64,000 nt of DNA from Anaerolineae bacterium (GTDB lineage Bacteria; Chloroflexota; Anaerolineae; B4-G1; SLSP01), in assembly GCA_016931315.1 (NCBI GenBank), contig JAFGFB010000292.1, forward strand, positions 14,699 through 78,698, written 5' to 3'. The notes under the pieces are model-generated. The model made no database searches, was not told the DNA's origin, and saw only the letters and a list, made by a program, of their open reading frames with translations. Below are positions 52,759-62,482 of the stretch, piece after piece. Position numbers and translations under genes: made by a program. The stretch's first letter is position 1; each line of letters starts with the position of its first letter.

Positions 52759-53226
52759 CTAGTCCCCAGCCTCCGCCACATCCAATACAGCATCCACAAT
52801 CCGTATATAGCCAGTGCAGCGACAGAGATTGCCTACCAGGGCTTCACGCACCTCTTGCTCCGTGGGATGGGGGTTGCGCTCCAGCAACGCCTTTGCCGAC
52901 ATCAACATGCCCGAAGTACAGAAACCACACTGGACTGCATTATGCTCAACAAAGGCTTTCTGCAACGGGTGCAAATCCCCCCCCTTGCTCAGCCCCTCCA
53001 CTGTCTCGATGCAATGCCCTTGTGCTTCTACCGCCAGCACCATACACGAATTGACTGGCGCCCCATCGAACAACACCGTACAGGCGCCACATTCACCGTT
53101 CTCGCATCCAATCTTTGTGCCAGTCAGTCCCAATTGCTCCCGCAACACCCGCAAAAGCGTATCTTGCGATTTGACAACAACAGGGTAGGTTTCACCGTTG
53201 ATGTTTAACGTAATTTCATGTAGCAT
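52759..53226 (-). CDS. (2Fe-2S)-binding small subunit of the molybdoenzyme
   Basis: Preferred start is ATG 53226 (MLHEITLNINGE), with GAGGAG upstream. Cys clusters CENGECGACTV and CGFCTSGM...CRCTGY. Confidence 0.9.
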   Translation of the reverse strand: MLHEITLNINGETYPVVVKSQDTLLRVLREQLGLTGTKIGCENGECGACTVLFDGAPVNSCMVLAVEAQGHCIETVEGLSKGGDLHPLQKAFVEHNAVQCGFCTSGMLMSAKALLERNPHPTEQEVREALVGNLCRCTGYIRIVDAVLDVAEAGD

Positions 53227-53302
53227 AGTTTGCTCCTCTAGTCCAGACTTCACCATGCATTATACGTGTCCGGAAAAGCCATTCTTCCGGTCGCATTGTG
53301 CC

Positions 53303-54160
53303 CTACGGCAATTTATCCAGCACACCCTCGATCGCGCGCCGTGCGATTCGGCTCACCATCGCCTTACGATACTCAGCACTGGCGCGAATATCATCAATCG
53401 GGCAACAGGCGTCAAAAGCACACTTAGTGGCATGCTCAATTGCTGCCTCATCATGTCCGGCATTAAGCGTGACCTCCGCCTCGGGCGCGCGAATCGGTGT
53501 GGGAGCCACAGCCCCCAGCGCCAGACGCCAGGCATAACCACCGTTATGAGGATACGCGAGCGCCGCCACACCCACAATCGCGAGATCGCCAGCCTTGCGG
53601 CGGCTCAACTTCACATAGGTTCCAACTGTACCTTCAGACGGAACGGGAATGCACACACCCACCAACAATTCGCCTTTCTGAAGCGCGGTTTTACGAGGCC
53701 CGAGAAAGAACTCAGCGATAGGCACGCGCCGCTCGCCAGCTGTACCACGAATGATGGCGATAGCCTCCAAAGCCAACAGCGCGGGCGCCGAATCCGCCGC
53801 GGGAGACGCGGTACAGAGATTTCCACCCAACGTAGCGCGGTTACGAACTTGTTCATTGCCCATCGCTGCCGCCGCCTGAGCCAACAAATTCCAACGCGGG
53901 CTGTTCACTAACGGATGGTGAACCAGATCAGCCATCCGTACTGCCGCACCCACAAGCAAGCCTTCTGGCGTCTCCACAATATCGCACAAGCCCGGCAAGC
54001 CCTTCACGTCCACGACCACATCCGGCTGCCAGTGCTCATCACGCACCATCGGGATCAAATCCGTTGCACCAGCCAGCGGCATGACCTTCTTGTCCGGCAA
54101 TGAGAGCAACCGGAATGCTTCCTCGAAGGTTTCTGGTTTGAAATAATCGAATGGTCGCAT
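53303..54160 (-). CDS. FAD-binding medium subunit of the molybdoenzyme (CoxM/XdhB-like)
   Basis: Preferred start is ATG 54160 (MRPFDYFKPETFEEA), with AAGGAG upstream. LAGATDLIP, ATLGGNLCTASPAADSAPALLAL and IRASAEYRKAM are typical of the FAD-binding subunit. Confidence 0.88.
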   Translation of the reverse strand: MRPFDYFKPETFEEAFRLLSLPDKKVMPLAGATDLIPMVRDEHWQPDVVVDVKGLPGLCDIVETPEGLLVGAAVRMADLVHHPLVNSPRWNLLAQAAAAMGNEQVRNRATLGGNLCTASPAADSAPALLALEAIAIIRGTAGERRVPIAEFFLGPRKTALQKGELLVGVCIPVPSEGTVGTYVKLSRRKAGDLAIVGVAALAYPHNGGYAWRLALGAVAPTPIRAPEAEVTLNAGHDEAAIEHATKCAFDACCPIDDIRASAEYRKAMVSRIARRAIEGVLDKLP

Positions 54161-54200
54161 AAAACACTCCTTTGATATGCACACGATAATAAAGACACCA

Positions 54201-54253
54201 CAAAAACTAAAGAGTGTTTTTCGTGAGCAAGTGACCTGCTCACGAAAAACACT
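54201..54253 (-). terminator. intrinsic-terminator-like hairpin after the permease gene
   Basis: On the minus strand: AGTGTTTTTCGTGAGCA ggtcact TGCTCACGAAAAACACT, a 17-bp perfect stem, followed by CTTTAGTTTTTG. It starts 20 nt after the stop at 54273. Confidence 0.6.
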
Positions 54254-54272
54254 TCCTATAGTTTTGCGGTGC

Positions 54273-55661
54273 TTAGAACTCGATGTTCTCGCGTTCCTTT
54301 ACACCAAACATCGAGGGCGGAAGAACAAGGAACAAAACGTTGAGAAGAATGCCCACGATAGCGGCAAACACAATCGCCGGAATCCCATCCGGGAACAGCA
54401 CCGGGACCTTGAACGGGAACAAACCGTTCGGCAACCCCAGGTTTCCACCAATGCCCAGTACCAGGATCACTGCGCCGATAGCGAGGTTCTTGGGATCGAA
54501 GAGGTTGACCTTCTCACTCTGAATCAGCGCAATACCCTGCTTCCCGATAACGCCGAACAGATAGATGGCCAACCCACCCGTTACAGCGACGGGGATTGTG
54601 TTCACGAGCGCGGCCAGTTTGCCAATGAAGCCCAGGAGCATCGCAATACCGCCAGCAGCCATCAACACCGCCACCGAATAGTTGCGCGTGATTGCCATCA
54701 ACGAGTTATTCTCACCGTAGTTGGTACCGGCACAGCCACCCAGGAAACCATTGATCGCGTCATTGCAACCATCCGCTACCAGGTTCAAGCCAATGAGCTT
54801 CTTGATTTCAAGAGGTTTACGCTTAAGATCCTTTGCCAGCTGGTCAATATAGAGGCTCATCTGATACAAATGCGCGGTGGATTCCGGGATCGTGGCAATA
54901 GCAATCAACGCGACACTAATCGCCATACCCCAGGCGCGCCCATCGCCAAAAGCCGGAAAGGTGAAATTGGGCATGCGCAGCCAGGCCGCCTCACCCACAG
55001 GCGTGAAATCCACGATGCCAAAAATGAGTGAGACGATGTAACCTGCCAAAGCGCCCAATAGAATGGGGAGCATACCCAACAGCCCTTTACCTTGCAGATA
55101 GACGGAGAAGACAATGGTAAGGATCAAGGTGATAAAGGCCACGCCCCAATGCGCCGAAGCCATGTTAAGCGCAGTGCCGGCGAGGGCGATACCGATGACA
55201 ATCGCAACACTGCCGGTAACGATGGGCGGCAAGACCTTATCCAGGCGCGCCTTACCAATCCGCTGAATCAGCAAGCCAAAGAGGATGTTAAACAAACCAG
55301 TGCAGAGAATGCCAATTTGTGCGATGCGTACCCCATCTGGACAATACACCATGGTGGGATCATTGAAGCAGTCTCCGGCATACTTCGACATCACTGTGAT
55401 AATGACCGTGATGTAGCTGAAGGAAGAGCCATAATACAGAGGGATCTGACGCTTGGCGACCAATAACGCAATGATCGTGCCCAGACCAGAGGCAAATAGC
55501 GTAACGCCAATGTCGAACTTGGTAAGAATGGCAACGAGCACAGTAGCAGGGAACATCGTCAGCACCTGCTGGAAGCCCAAGCTGAGCATGGGACCCCAGC
55601 CCGGGACATCTTGGGGCATGTACCCCATGATCGTCGAATTCGTATCCGGTTTCTTAGCCAT
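54273..55661 (-). CDS. NCS2-family nucleobase:cation symporter (xanthine/uracil permease type)
   Basis: 462 aa, about 12-14 hydrophobic helices. GFQQVLTMFPATVLV near the N-terminus and NYGENNSLMAITR are typical of uracil/xanthine permeases. AAGGAG upstream of ATG 55661. Confidence 0.85.
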   Translation of the reverse strand: MAKKPDTNSTIMGYMPQDVPGWGPMLSLGFQQVLTMFPATVLVAILTKFDIGVTLFASGLGTIIALLVAKRQIPLYYGSSFSYITVIITVMSKYAGDCFNDPTMVYCPDGVRIAQIGILCTGLFNILFGLLIQRIGKARLDKVLPPIVTGSVAIVIGIALAGTALNMASAHWGVAFITLILTIVFSVYLQGKGLLGMLPILLGALAGYIVSLIFGIVDFTPVGEAAWLRMPNFTFPAFGDGRAWGMAISVALIAIATIPESTAHLYQMSLYIDQLAKDLKRKPLEIKKLIGLNLVADGCNDAINGFLGGCAGTNYGENNSLMAITRNYSVAVLMAAGGIAMLLGFIGKLAALVNTIPVAVTGGLAIYLFGVIGKQGIALIQSEKVNLFDPKNLAIGAVILVLGIGGNLGLPNGLFPFKVPVLFPDGIPAIVFAAIVGILLNVLFLVLPPSMFGVKERENIEF

Positions 55662-55851
55662 GCGAGTCTCTCCTTAATGAAATGTTCAACTAAAGGACCA
55701 AAAATCTTGATTACAAACTTCAATATGTGTCTAAAAAGATCGTGCTCACCTCCTCCTGAAAAGCGGTGAGAAGTGCGCGTTAAGCACTAAACGGCCGCTG
55801 ATTGACCACAAGTGTTCTCTTTCACACACTTCTCATCGCAACCCACTAACT

Positions 55852-56199
55852 TTAACCCAATGGCTTAAGTTTCAACCCATACACTGGCTCGTCAAAGACA
55901 GTGCGCACTGGTTCCCACTCAGCTTTGAGCGTCATCCCCAGCCGCAAATCTGCCCCATCCGGCGCGTCAATCTGCCCCATTGCCTTGACGCCATTCGCAA
56001 ACTGCACAACACCAATATAGAGGAAACGCTCATCGAATCCCCACGGCAGATTGAATATCTGCGTAAAGGTCAACAATTTAACATTTCCTTCCGGATGAAT
56101 AGGCTCAAACTCCCGGTGCTTGCAGGTCAAGCAGCGTTCGTGCTTGGGATAGTGAATCCGACCGCATTTCTTGCATTTATAAGCGGTAATCTCTTTCAT
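55852..56199 (-). CDS. Zn-ribbon/OB-fold protein (DUF35 family), thiolase partner
   Basis: Preferred start is ATG 56199 (MKEITAYKCKKCGRIHYPKHERCLTCKH), 1 nt after the thiolase stop. CxxC...CxxC zinc ribbon followed by an OB-like region. The track ORF is extended by 28 codons into the thiolase gene. Confidence 0.8.
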   Translation of the reverse strand: MKEITAYKCKKCGRIHYPKHERCLTCKHREFEPIHPEGNVKLLTFTQIFNLPWGFDERFLYIGVVQFANGVKAMGQIDAPDGADLRLGMTLKAEWEPVRTVFDEPVYGLKLKPLG

Positions 56200-56200
56200 A

Positions 56201-57388
56201 TTATTTCTCTCCCCGTTTGAGGACAAAGGCCACGACGTTGTTGCCGAAGCCGCCGAAATTGATGCTGAACCCGGCCTTTGCACCCTTTACCTGGCGCTCT
56301 TTGGGCAGTTCATGCCGCAATTGCCAGGTCAATTCCACAATCTGCGCCACACCGGTTGCACCAACAGGATGCCCGCGTGCCTTGAGACCACCCGAGACAT
56401 TGATCGGTAACTGCCCGCCGAGCCGGGTTTTGCCTTCTAACACCGCCTTGCCACCCTCGCCCTTCTTGAAGAAGCCCACATGCTCGCTTTCGGCAATTTC
56501 AAGAATGGTGAAAGCATCATGCAACTCTGCCACGCTGATCTCTTCGGGTTTCATCTTCGCCCGTTCAAAGGCTTGCTGCGCTGCCAGGGTCACCGCCTTA
56601 AGATCGGTGGGGTCTTCGCGTTCAGCCAACGTATGCGTATCCGTTGCTTGACCAAAACCGGCCACGACAACTGGCAGGTTTTTGGTCAGTTCTTTGACAC
56701 GGTTTAGCGGGCAGAGGATGACTGCCGCCGCGCCATCACTTACAGGGCACATATCGTAGAGATGCAGAGGTGTTGCAGCCGGTGGATTGTTAACCACCGA
56801 ATGCGGACTGTCCATAACACCCTCTTTGGTAATCATCATCTCGACGTGGGCATAGGGGTTGAGCGCCCCCATTGTCTGGTTCTTGATGGCGATCTGCACC
56901 AACATTTCGCGCGTAACGCCGTATTTTTCCATGTAGAGTCGGGTGAACATCCCTGCCATACCGGGCAACGTAATGCCATAGGGATATTCCGTTTCCGGGT
57001 GCGTGAGCGTGGCAACAAAGTCCGTGGCGCGCCAACCGGTCACTTCGCGCATCTTCTCGCCACCAGCAACCAACACCACGTCATAGTAACCAGAGGCTAC
57101 CGCGAGTACACCATTCTTAACGGCTGAGCCACCAGAAGCAGGCCCATTCTCTACCAGGTCGGCTGCAGCAGGAAGCAAGCTCAAACGATCCACCAACGCA
57201 CTGGCGATAGCTGTCTGACGTTGAATCACACCGCCGCCCATATTGGCGACATATAGCGCATCCACGGCGTCCACGCCGGCATCATCCAATGCCTTCATGG
57301 AGGCATAAGCCAGCATGTCCACCAACGTATCCTCGTCTCGGCGTCCAAAGGGAATCATCCCGACACCGATAATGGCTACATCACGCAT
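56201..57388 (-). CDS. thiolase-fold protein (SCP-x/lipid-transfer-type thiolase)
   Basis: MRDVAIIGVGMIPFGRR, NMGGG, the C-terminal NVSGGLKARGHPVGATG and NFGGFGNN match the thiolase fold. GGGGAGG upstream of ATG 57388. Confidence 0.85.
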   Translation of the reverse strand: MRDVAIIGVGMIPFGRRDEDTLVDMLAYASMKALDDAGVDAVDALYVANMGGGVIQRQTAIASALVDRLSLLPAAADLVENGPASGGSAVKNGVLAVASGYYDVVLVAGGEKMREVTGWRATDFVATLTHPETEYPYGITLPGMAGMFTRLYMEKYGVTREMLVQIAIKNQTMGALNPYAHVEMMITKEGVMDSPHSVVNNPPAATPLHLYDMCPVSDGAAAVILCPLNRVKELTKNLPVVVAGFGQATDTHTLAEREDPTDLKAVTLAAQQAFERAKMKPEEISVAELHDAFTILEIAESEHVGFFKKGEGGKAVLEGKTRLGGQLPINVSGGLKARGHPVGATGVAQIVELTWQLRHELPKERQVKGAKAGFSINFGGFGNNVVAFVLKRGEK

Positions 57389-57391
57389 TTC

Positions 57392-58081
57392 CTACCTCCC
57401 CTTCAGCCCGGCGATTTTCTCGCGGATGTCTGCTTCGCTGGCGATGACGATCTCGCGCTGCGCTACTTCGAGCAATTCCTGCGGTACGGGTCGGTCACCG
57501 GCTACCAGACGTGATTTCGTCTCAAAGTACAGCTGGCGGGTCAAACGGAACGAGAGCGCACCACCCAGCTCGTGTGGGATATCCGTTGGCTCTAGACCGT
57601 ATTCAATCATCCACCGGCGGAAACCAATTGGGCTTTCTGCCACAATGAGCACTTCCTCTTGACCTAAATACTCAATATGATGCTCCATCTTGGCAGCAAA
57701 GAGATGCGCTCCCACACGCAACCCTCGATCAATAGCAAGCGTGTGGAGGCTCATGCCCGTTTTGGCACTGTACATCCGGCTGTTGACCATACCCACAAGA
57801 AAACCATCAATTTGCCCAACCAGACAGAACTCGTTTGCGGTGCGGTGGGTATACATTCCAACCAGTTCTGAGTAAAGCCGCGATCCAACAATATCATAGA
57901 AGTCTTTGTGAATAAAAATCGTAGGATGCACAGCTTTTAACAATGTGGGGATATCCTCCCGCTGCACTTCGCGGACCACCATTTTCTTGCCATTTGCCAG
58001 AGTAATCACCTTTGAGGGATATGGCGCCATTGGCAAGGCGGGTGGGCGCAACATCAATTCCAATTCCATATCTACTGCCAT
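57392..58081 (-). CDS. hypothetical protein (possibly a GNAT-like acyltransferase fold; weak)
   Basis: Preferred start is ATG 58081, with AAAGGAG upstream. VREVQREDIPTLL...LHTLAIDRGLRVGAHLFAAKMEH loosely resembles an acetyltransferase core. I cannot confirm a family. Confidence 0.6.
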   Translation of the reverse strand: MAVDMELELMLRPPALPMAPYPSKVITLANGKKMVVREVQREDIPTLLKAVHPTIFIHKDFYDIVGSRLYSELVGMYTHRTANEFCLVGQIDGFLVGMVNSRMYSAKTGMSLHTLAIDRGLRVGAHLFAAKMEHHIEYLGQEEVLIVAESPIGFRRWMIEYGLEPTDIPHELGGALSFRLTRQLYFETKSRLVAGDRPVPQELLEVAQREIVIASEADIREKIAGLKGR

Positions 58082-58156
58082 ACAAATCTCCTTTTGCAAA
58101 TTTTGAGCTAAGAGTTGCGAGCACAGGTCAAGCCCAGCTCGCAACTCATCACTGTT

Positions 58157-59032
58157 TTACCGGGCCTTGACCTGTGCATTCAGGTTTTCAACATGCTGTG
58201 GGTTATAGGCGTCGCCGAACTTGGTCTTGGGCATCTCAGCCTTCTTCGCCATCAGCTCTTCGTATTCATCATCATCCACAAAGGCAACACAGCGTCCAAT
58301 GCTCGATTCACCATCCACAAAGCGCCAGGGGAAGAAACCAATCTGAACGCGCCGGTTGACGATCAGATCAAGGTCGCCACCCAGACATTCCGCATGGATG
58401 ATACCAGCAGGGAACATCTCGATATGCATCAGCTGGTACTTGGTATCATCAAAGACATCCTCCAAGCCGCCGCCATATTTCTTCCGGAAGTGCAAGTCGG
58501 CTTGCTTGGCCTGACGCGGCATCCACTGGCGGATGATGGTATTCATCGGGTGGTCAGCGCTGCCGCAATCCACGCCAATCCAACGCAATTGCTTTCGCTT
58601 CGCCCACTCGGCAAACTCGCGATCCGGACCGGGATGCTGAACCATGTAACGAATTTCATCCGCATACGGCTGATCCCAACCAAAGTGATGGAAACCGGTG
58701 TGGATGATGAGAATATCACCAGGCCTGACCTCCACTTTGTCCTCAATCATCTCCGAAGTATAGATATCATAATCGGCAACCACATCCGAGAGGTCCACAA
58801 TCGCTGCATCGTGGACGAGGAAATCCAGTTGCAGGTCAGCCATGTCTTTGCCGGCAGTATAAAAGTGAATCTCACCATCGAGATGTGTGCCCAAATGATT
58901 CGAGTGGGTCAACAATTGCCCATTCGCCCCATTGGGTGCCAGCCGCTTGAAATACTTCACCTGAAGCGGCTCATAGGTCGGCCACGCGGGCGTTCCAATA
59001 CCGAGAGGAATTGTCAAATCCAGTAACTTCAT
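58157..59032 (-). CDS. cyclase-family protein (kynurenine formamidase/isatin hydrolase-like metal hydrolase)
   Basis: Preferred start is ATG 59032 (MKLLDLTIPL), with AGGAGG upstream. HLGTHLDGEIHF and GVDCGSADHP match the putative-cyclase (arylformamidase-type) family. Confidence 0.8.
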   Translation of the reverse strand: MKLLDLTIPLGIGTPAWPTYEPLQVKYFKRLAPNGANGQLLTHSNHLGTHLDGEIHFYTAGKDMADLQLDFLVHDAAIVDLSDVVADYDIYTSEMIEDKVEVRPGDILIIHTGFHHFGWDQPYADEIRYMVQHPGPDREFAEWAKRKQLRWIGVDCGSADHPMNTIIRQWMPRQAKQADLHFRKKYGGGLEDVFDDTKYQLMHIEMFPAGIIHAECLGGDLDLIVNRRVQIGFFPWRFVDGESSIGRCVAFVDDDEYEELMAKKAEMPKTKFGDAYNPQHVENLNAQVKAR

Positions 59033-59166
59033 CCGAAAACCTCCTGTGAATATGATTGTTGAGCAGCGAGTAGACAAGATTACCGGTTACGGACGATGAT
59101 GCAATCATCTTACAGATATCTTCTCTACACTCTGCTCTCTACTACCTGCCAATTTGATTGATGACG

Positions 59167-60648
59167 CTACGCAACCCGCCAAACATGCACCACCGGTTTA
59201 GCGCCATCAGCATAGAGCTCGAGCACATAGAGCAAACCGTTTATGTTATCGAAGGCCACATCCCCAATGCGATACCGGCGCTGCTCGCCCCACCCTAGCG
59301 TGACGGCGTCCCACTCCGGCGGATTGAAGTAGAGGTGCTCATCGAGGTCAAGGACGGCGTAGGGCTGGGGTTGCCAGGGCTCTAGAGCTCCCACGGCAAC
59401 TTGCGCCAGTTGCGCCGGATCATAGAGGATAAACTGCGCCTCGAAACGGCTGCTCCACCAACCGCGCCCGCTAATACAATTGACACCCTCCTCGCAACAG
59501 CCGGTCATGTCCTCGGGCGGGCAAGGTGAGCCATTCGCCAAACGGCAAGCTGTAAAGTCGGCGTGCGGGTCTATACACGGGAACCGCGGACCATCGGGGT
59601 GAATAAAACCGTACCAGTATTTATCGCCTGTTCCCTTGGTGCCGGCAAACAGCACCGCCGCTTTACCTGTGGCAGTAGCCAGCCACGCGCCACCTTCCCA
59701 CTCATCAGGATGCTGGTAATTCGCCAGTGCGCGCTCGATATTTGGTGTCTGGGTAGAACTCTCGTAACGCAATAGCACAGTTTCTGCCAGTACCGTCCCC
59801 TGTGCAGGGGCCTTCCCATCAGCCAACCAGGGGGTGTAGGCATAGAGCGATGGGCCCATCCCTCCCCATCCACCATCGCGGAATCGCCCCGTGGCCAGAT
59901 AGCGGCCCTGTGTAGTCGCATCCGCCCAGGCGGTGGGGAGACTAAACACATAGCCATTCACACTGTTAAAATCCTGACTACCCAAATACCATTCGCCCTG
60001 GAAGCTTGGGGTAGCAAGATCAGTGCTGAACCAGGCATGTGTGGCTGGCCAGACTTCAGGAGGCATGTGCTGCCCCCACGCCAGATGGAGCAGAGGTCCC
60101 GTTGCGGGGTGGTTCAGATAAGCCAATCCTACACGTGGAATCTCATCCAGGCCCGCAAAATGTCCGGCAGCCACATCGTGGAAGTCCTGCAAGAAAACAG
60201 CATAGGGCAACGCCTCAATGTCGCGCGCCTTGACCGGCGCAGGCACGCTCACCTCCGCGACCTGCGTGCCATCGGGAAGCTCGCCCCAGGGCATCCGATC
60301 ATGACCCGTGATATAAAGCGAATTCCTATCCGGATTGAAAGTCATCGCATTGCCGCCGTAAGCGAATGTTTGAGGGCGATCATCGCCGCCTGGAAGGCGA
60401 AATGCCCCCAGATAAGCGAAATCATCGGGCTGCACCAGCGTTGCCGGTTCGCTCAACGTCACCAGTGGCAGATCAGCGGTGGGTGCCGCGTCAGAAGGCA
60501 ATGTCGCTGCAACAGGCTCAGTTGCAGGATCAGCACCCATTCCCTGGCACGCAGATAGCAACGGCAACAACAGCATCACACCTGGCAGTATCCGAAAAAA
60601 CCGCCCACACAATCTCGCCACAGGACCGCCTCGCTCAACTAATGGCAT
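59167..60648 (-). CDS. secreted lipoprotein of unknown function
   Basis: Long ORF with lipobox LLPLLSAC. Cys-rich patch PCPPEDMTGCCEEGVNC. No family recognised. Start uncertain (ATG 60648 or 60699). Confidence 0.7.
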   Translation of the reverse strand: MPLVERGGPVARLCGRFFRILPGVMLLLPLLSACQGMGADPATEPVAATLPSDAAPTADLPLVTLSEPATLVQPDDFAYLGAFRLPGGDDRPQTFAYGGNAMTFNPDRNSLYITGHDRMPWGELPDGTQVAEVSVPAPVKARDIEALPYAVFLQDFHDVAAGHFAGLDEIPRVGLAYLNHPATGPLLHLAWGQHMPPEVWPATHAWFSTDLATPSFQGEWYLGSQDFNSVNGYVFSLPTAWADATTQGRYLATGRFRDGGWGGMGPSLYAYTPWLADGKAPAQGTVLAETVLLRYESSTQTPNIERALANYQHPDEWEGGAWLATATGKAAVLFAGTKGTGDKYWYGFIHPDGPRFPCIDPHADFTACRLANGSPCPPEDMTGCCEEGVNCISGRGWWSSRFEAQFILYDPAQLAQVAVGALEPWQPQPYAVLDLDEHLYFNPPEWDAVTLGWGEQRRYRIGDVAFDNINGLLYVLELYADGAKPVVHVWRVA

Positions 60649-61055
60649 GGGTAATCCCCGTAGTAAATTTCGAGCTCCTGACCGCCGGTTTTGAACCATA
60701 GCCCGAAACTTGCGCCGATAGGTGTACGATAGAACTCCACAACCAACTTCCCCTCTCCATCTGGACCTGTGAGCCTGGTTGAGAAGCGACCTTGCCGCGT
60801 TGCAACACCGCTCTCAAGGTACGTTATCCAGGCAAATAGCCCAGGGGTGATGGGTTCACCGGTGATAGCAACCAGCTGTTGGTGTTGCTCTGCAATTTGC
60901 AACGCACAGGCGTATTCTTCCGTAGTTTTGGCGGAAAAACCCAAAACATATACCAGGATCAGCGGCACAACAGCTACCAACAGCAACACCCAGGCAAAAC
61001 GCCATCCGGCGCGCAACATCGAAGCCAGCCGACCGCTAAAACCCTCTTCGGTCAT
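60639..61055 (-). CDS. small single-pass membrane protein of unknown function
   Basis: 138 aa with one TM (FAWVLLLVAVVPLILVYVLGF) and a ~90-aa extracytoplasmic domain. No motif recognised. Confidence 0.6.
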   Translation of the reverse strand: MTEEGFSGRLASMLRAGWRFAWVLLLVAVVPLILVYVLGFSAKTTEEYACALQIAEQHQQLVAITGEPITPGLFAWITYLESGVATRQGRFSTRLTGPDGEGKLVVEFYRTPIGASFGLWFKTGGQELEIYYGDYPCH

Positions 61056-61080
61056 AGCGCTCCCGGTCGGAGTAAGCTAA

Positions 61081-62478
61081 TCATTGATATGCGAGTTCCC
61101 TCAAAGCCTTGAAGGCATCCTCGAAACACTTCTTGGGAGCACGAACCAGACCCGCACCCACCATGCCCACTCCAGGCTCCTTGTGTGCAATACCGGTGTT
61201 GATGAAGGGCAAAATCCCGGTTGCCATGACCTTACGCACATCAATGCCTAAGGGCGTTCCCCGAAAATTGAGCACCGGCGCCGTGAAGAATTCATGCTCA
61301 CCTGCCGTGATTTGGTACATCTCCTGGGTCACGCTCAACGCCAACGACGAATCGCCACCAACGAACTTGACGATCGCAGGAGCCGCAGCCATGGCAAAGC
61401 CCCCCACTCCCCCCGTCTCCGTGATAGCAGAATCGCCGATATCCGGATTTGCATCCTTCTCGCTGAAACCGGGTAACCATAGCCCCTGCACAATGGGCGC
61501 AGGCGCAATAAACCACCGGTCAGGCATCGAAGCCACACGAATGCCGAAATCGGTGCCGTTGCGCGCCATCACTGTGAGCAAAGTGCAGCCTTCCGTACCT
61601 TCAGCCACTTCCAACATGGATTTCACTGCCGGCATTGAAAGATTCAGGAAGAAGTGGTCATTGCTATCAATAAACTTTAACACCTTCAGAGCGATTTCGT
61701 TACTCGAAGTCTGGAGAATAGCGGGCGCCAACTGCCGAAAGAGCAATGACGTCGCAGCGCGGTTGCGATTATGGACCTCGTCGCCCATGTGCAGCGCCTG
61801 TGCAATGAGACTCCGCAGATCAATAGGACCGGTCAGTTTCAACGCGCGCACCAATGCCGGATAGAGATCCTGCTCCATCCATTTCAAGTGTGCCAACACC
61901 GCATCACCATAGGCGCCATAACGCAGCACCTTTCCAAGCCCTTCGTTCTGTGTAGCGTAGGTCACATTGCCAAAGGTTTCGTTGCGAACCATGAACACCG
62001 GCATCGAAGGCGAAATAATCCCCGCCATCGGTCCGACGGCATGATGGTGATGGCAAGGATCAAACTCGAATGCACCCGCAGCGGCCATTTCCGCCGCCTC
62101 TGTGTAATTCGCGGCCCAACCCTCATAGACTGCCGCGCCCATCACAGCGCCGCGCATCGGCCCGCACATTCGATCCCATCCAATGGGAGGACCGGCGTGT
62201 AAAATCATCCGTTCACCCATTCCAGGGATGACGTCACGGGCGATGCCCATCCCAACCAACAATGGTCGCCCTTTACAGATACGCTCGATAGCACCAATAT
62301 TCACAGACTCAATGTCCACGCCAGAGCGGGTATGCGTGAGTTCCACATACCCCTCCAGGGGTGGGCGCCAATCCACATGGGCGACCGCTATGCCCTGATC
62401 TTCCAAACTCACCGCGAAACTCTCCAAGCCGACATTCACCGCCTTCAGTGGTTGACCAAATAGCTCTTGTACAGGCAT
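61081..62478 (-). CDS. DUF1116-family protein (YlbE-like partner of FdrA)
   Basis: Preferred start is ATG 62478 (MPVQELFGQPLKAVNVGLESF), 4 nt after the FdrA-like stop. The gene pairing and CHHHHAVGPMAGIISPSMPVF are as I remember for YlbE-type proteins. The family call is from memory, not a search. Confidence 0.7.
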   Translation of the reverse strand: MPVQELFGQPLKAVNVGLESFAVSLEDQGIAVAHVDWRPPLEGYVELTHTRSGVDIESVNIGAIERICKGRPLLVGMGIARDVIPGMGERMILHAGPPIGWDRMCGPMRGAVMGAAVYEGWAANYTEAAEMAAAGAFEFDPCHHHHAVGPMAGIISPSMPVFMVRNETFGNVTYATQNEGLGKVLRYGAYGDAVLAHLKWMEQDLYPALVRALKLTGPIDLRSLIAQALHMGDEVHNRNRAATSLLFRQLAPAILQTSSNEIALKVLKFIDSNDHFFLNLSMPAVKSMLEVAEGTEGCTLLTVMARNGTDFGIRVASMPDRWFIAPAPIVQGLWLPGFSEKDANPDIGDSAITETGGVGGFAMAAAPAIVKFVGGDSSLALSVTQEMYQITAGEHEFFTAPVLNFRGTPLGIDVRKVMATGILPFINTGIAHKEPGVGMVGAGLVRAPKKCFEDAFKALRELAYQ

Positions 62479-62482
62479 AGAA

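Noticed and set aside
55662-55851. Purine riboswitch or strong terminator in the 190-nt leader of the NCS2 permease gene.
   Set aside because: I could not find the conserved purine-riboswitch junction sequences. The only structures are weak: a 6-bp stem CTCACC/GGTGAG with a 14-nt loop plus TTTTT, and AAGTGT/ACACTT. A covariance-model scan would be needed to be sure.
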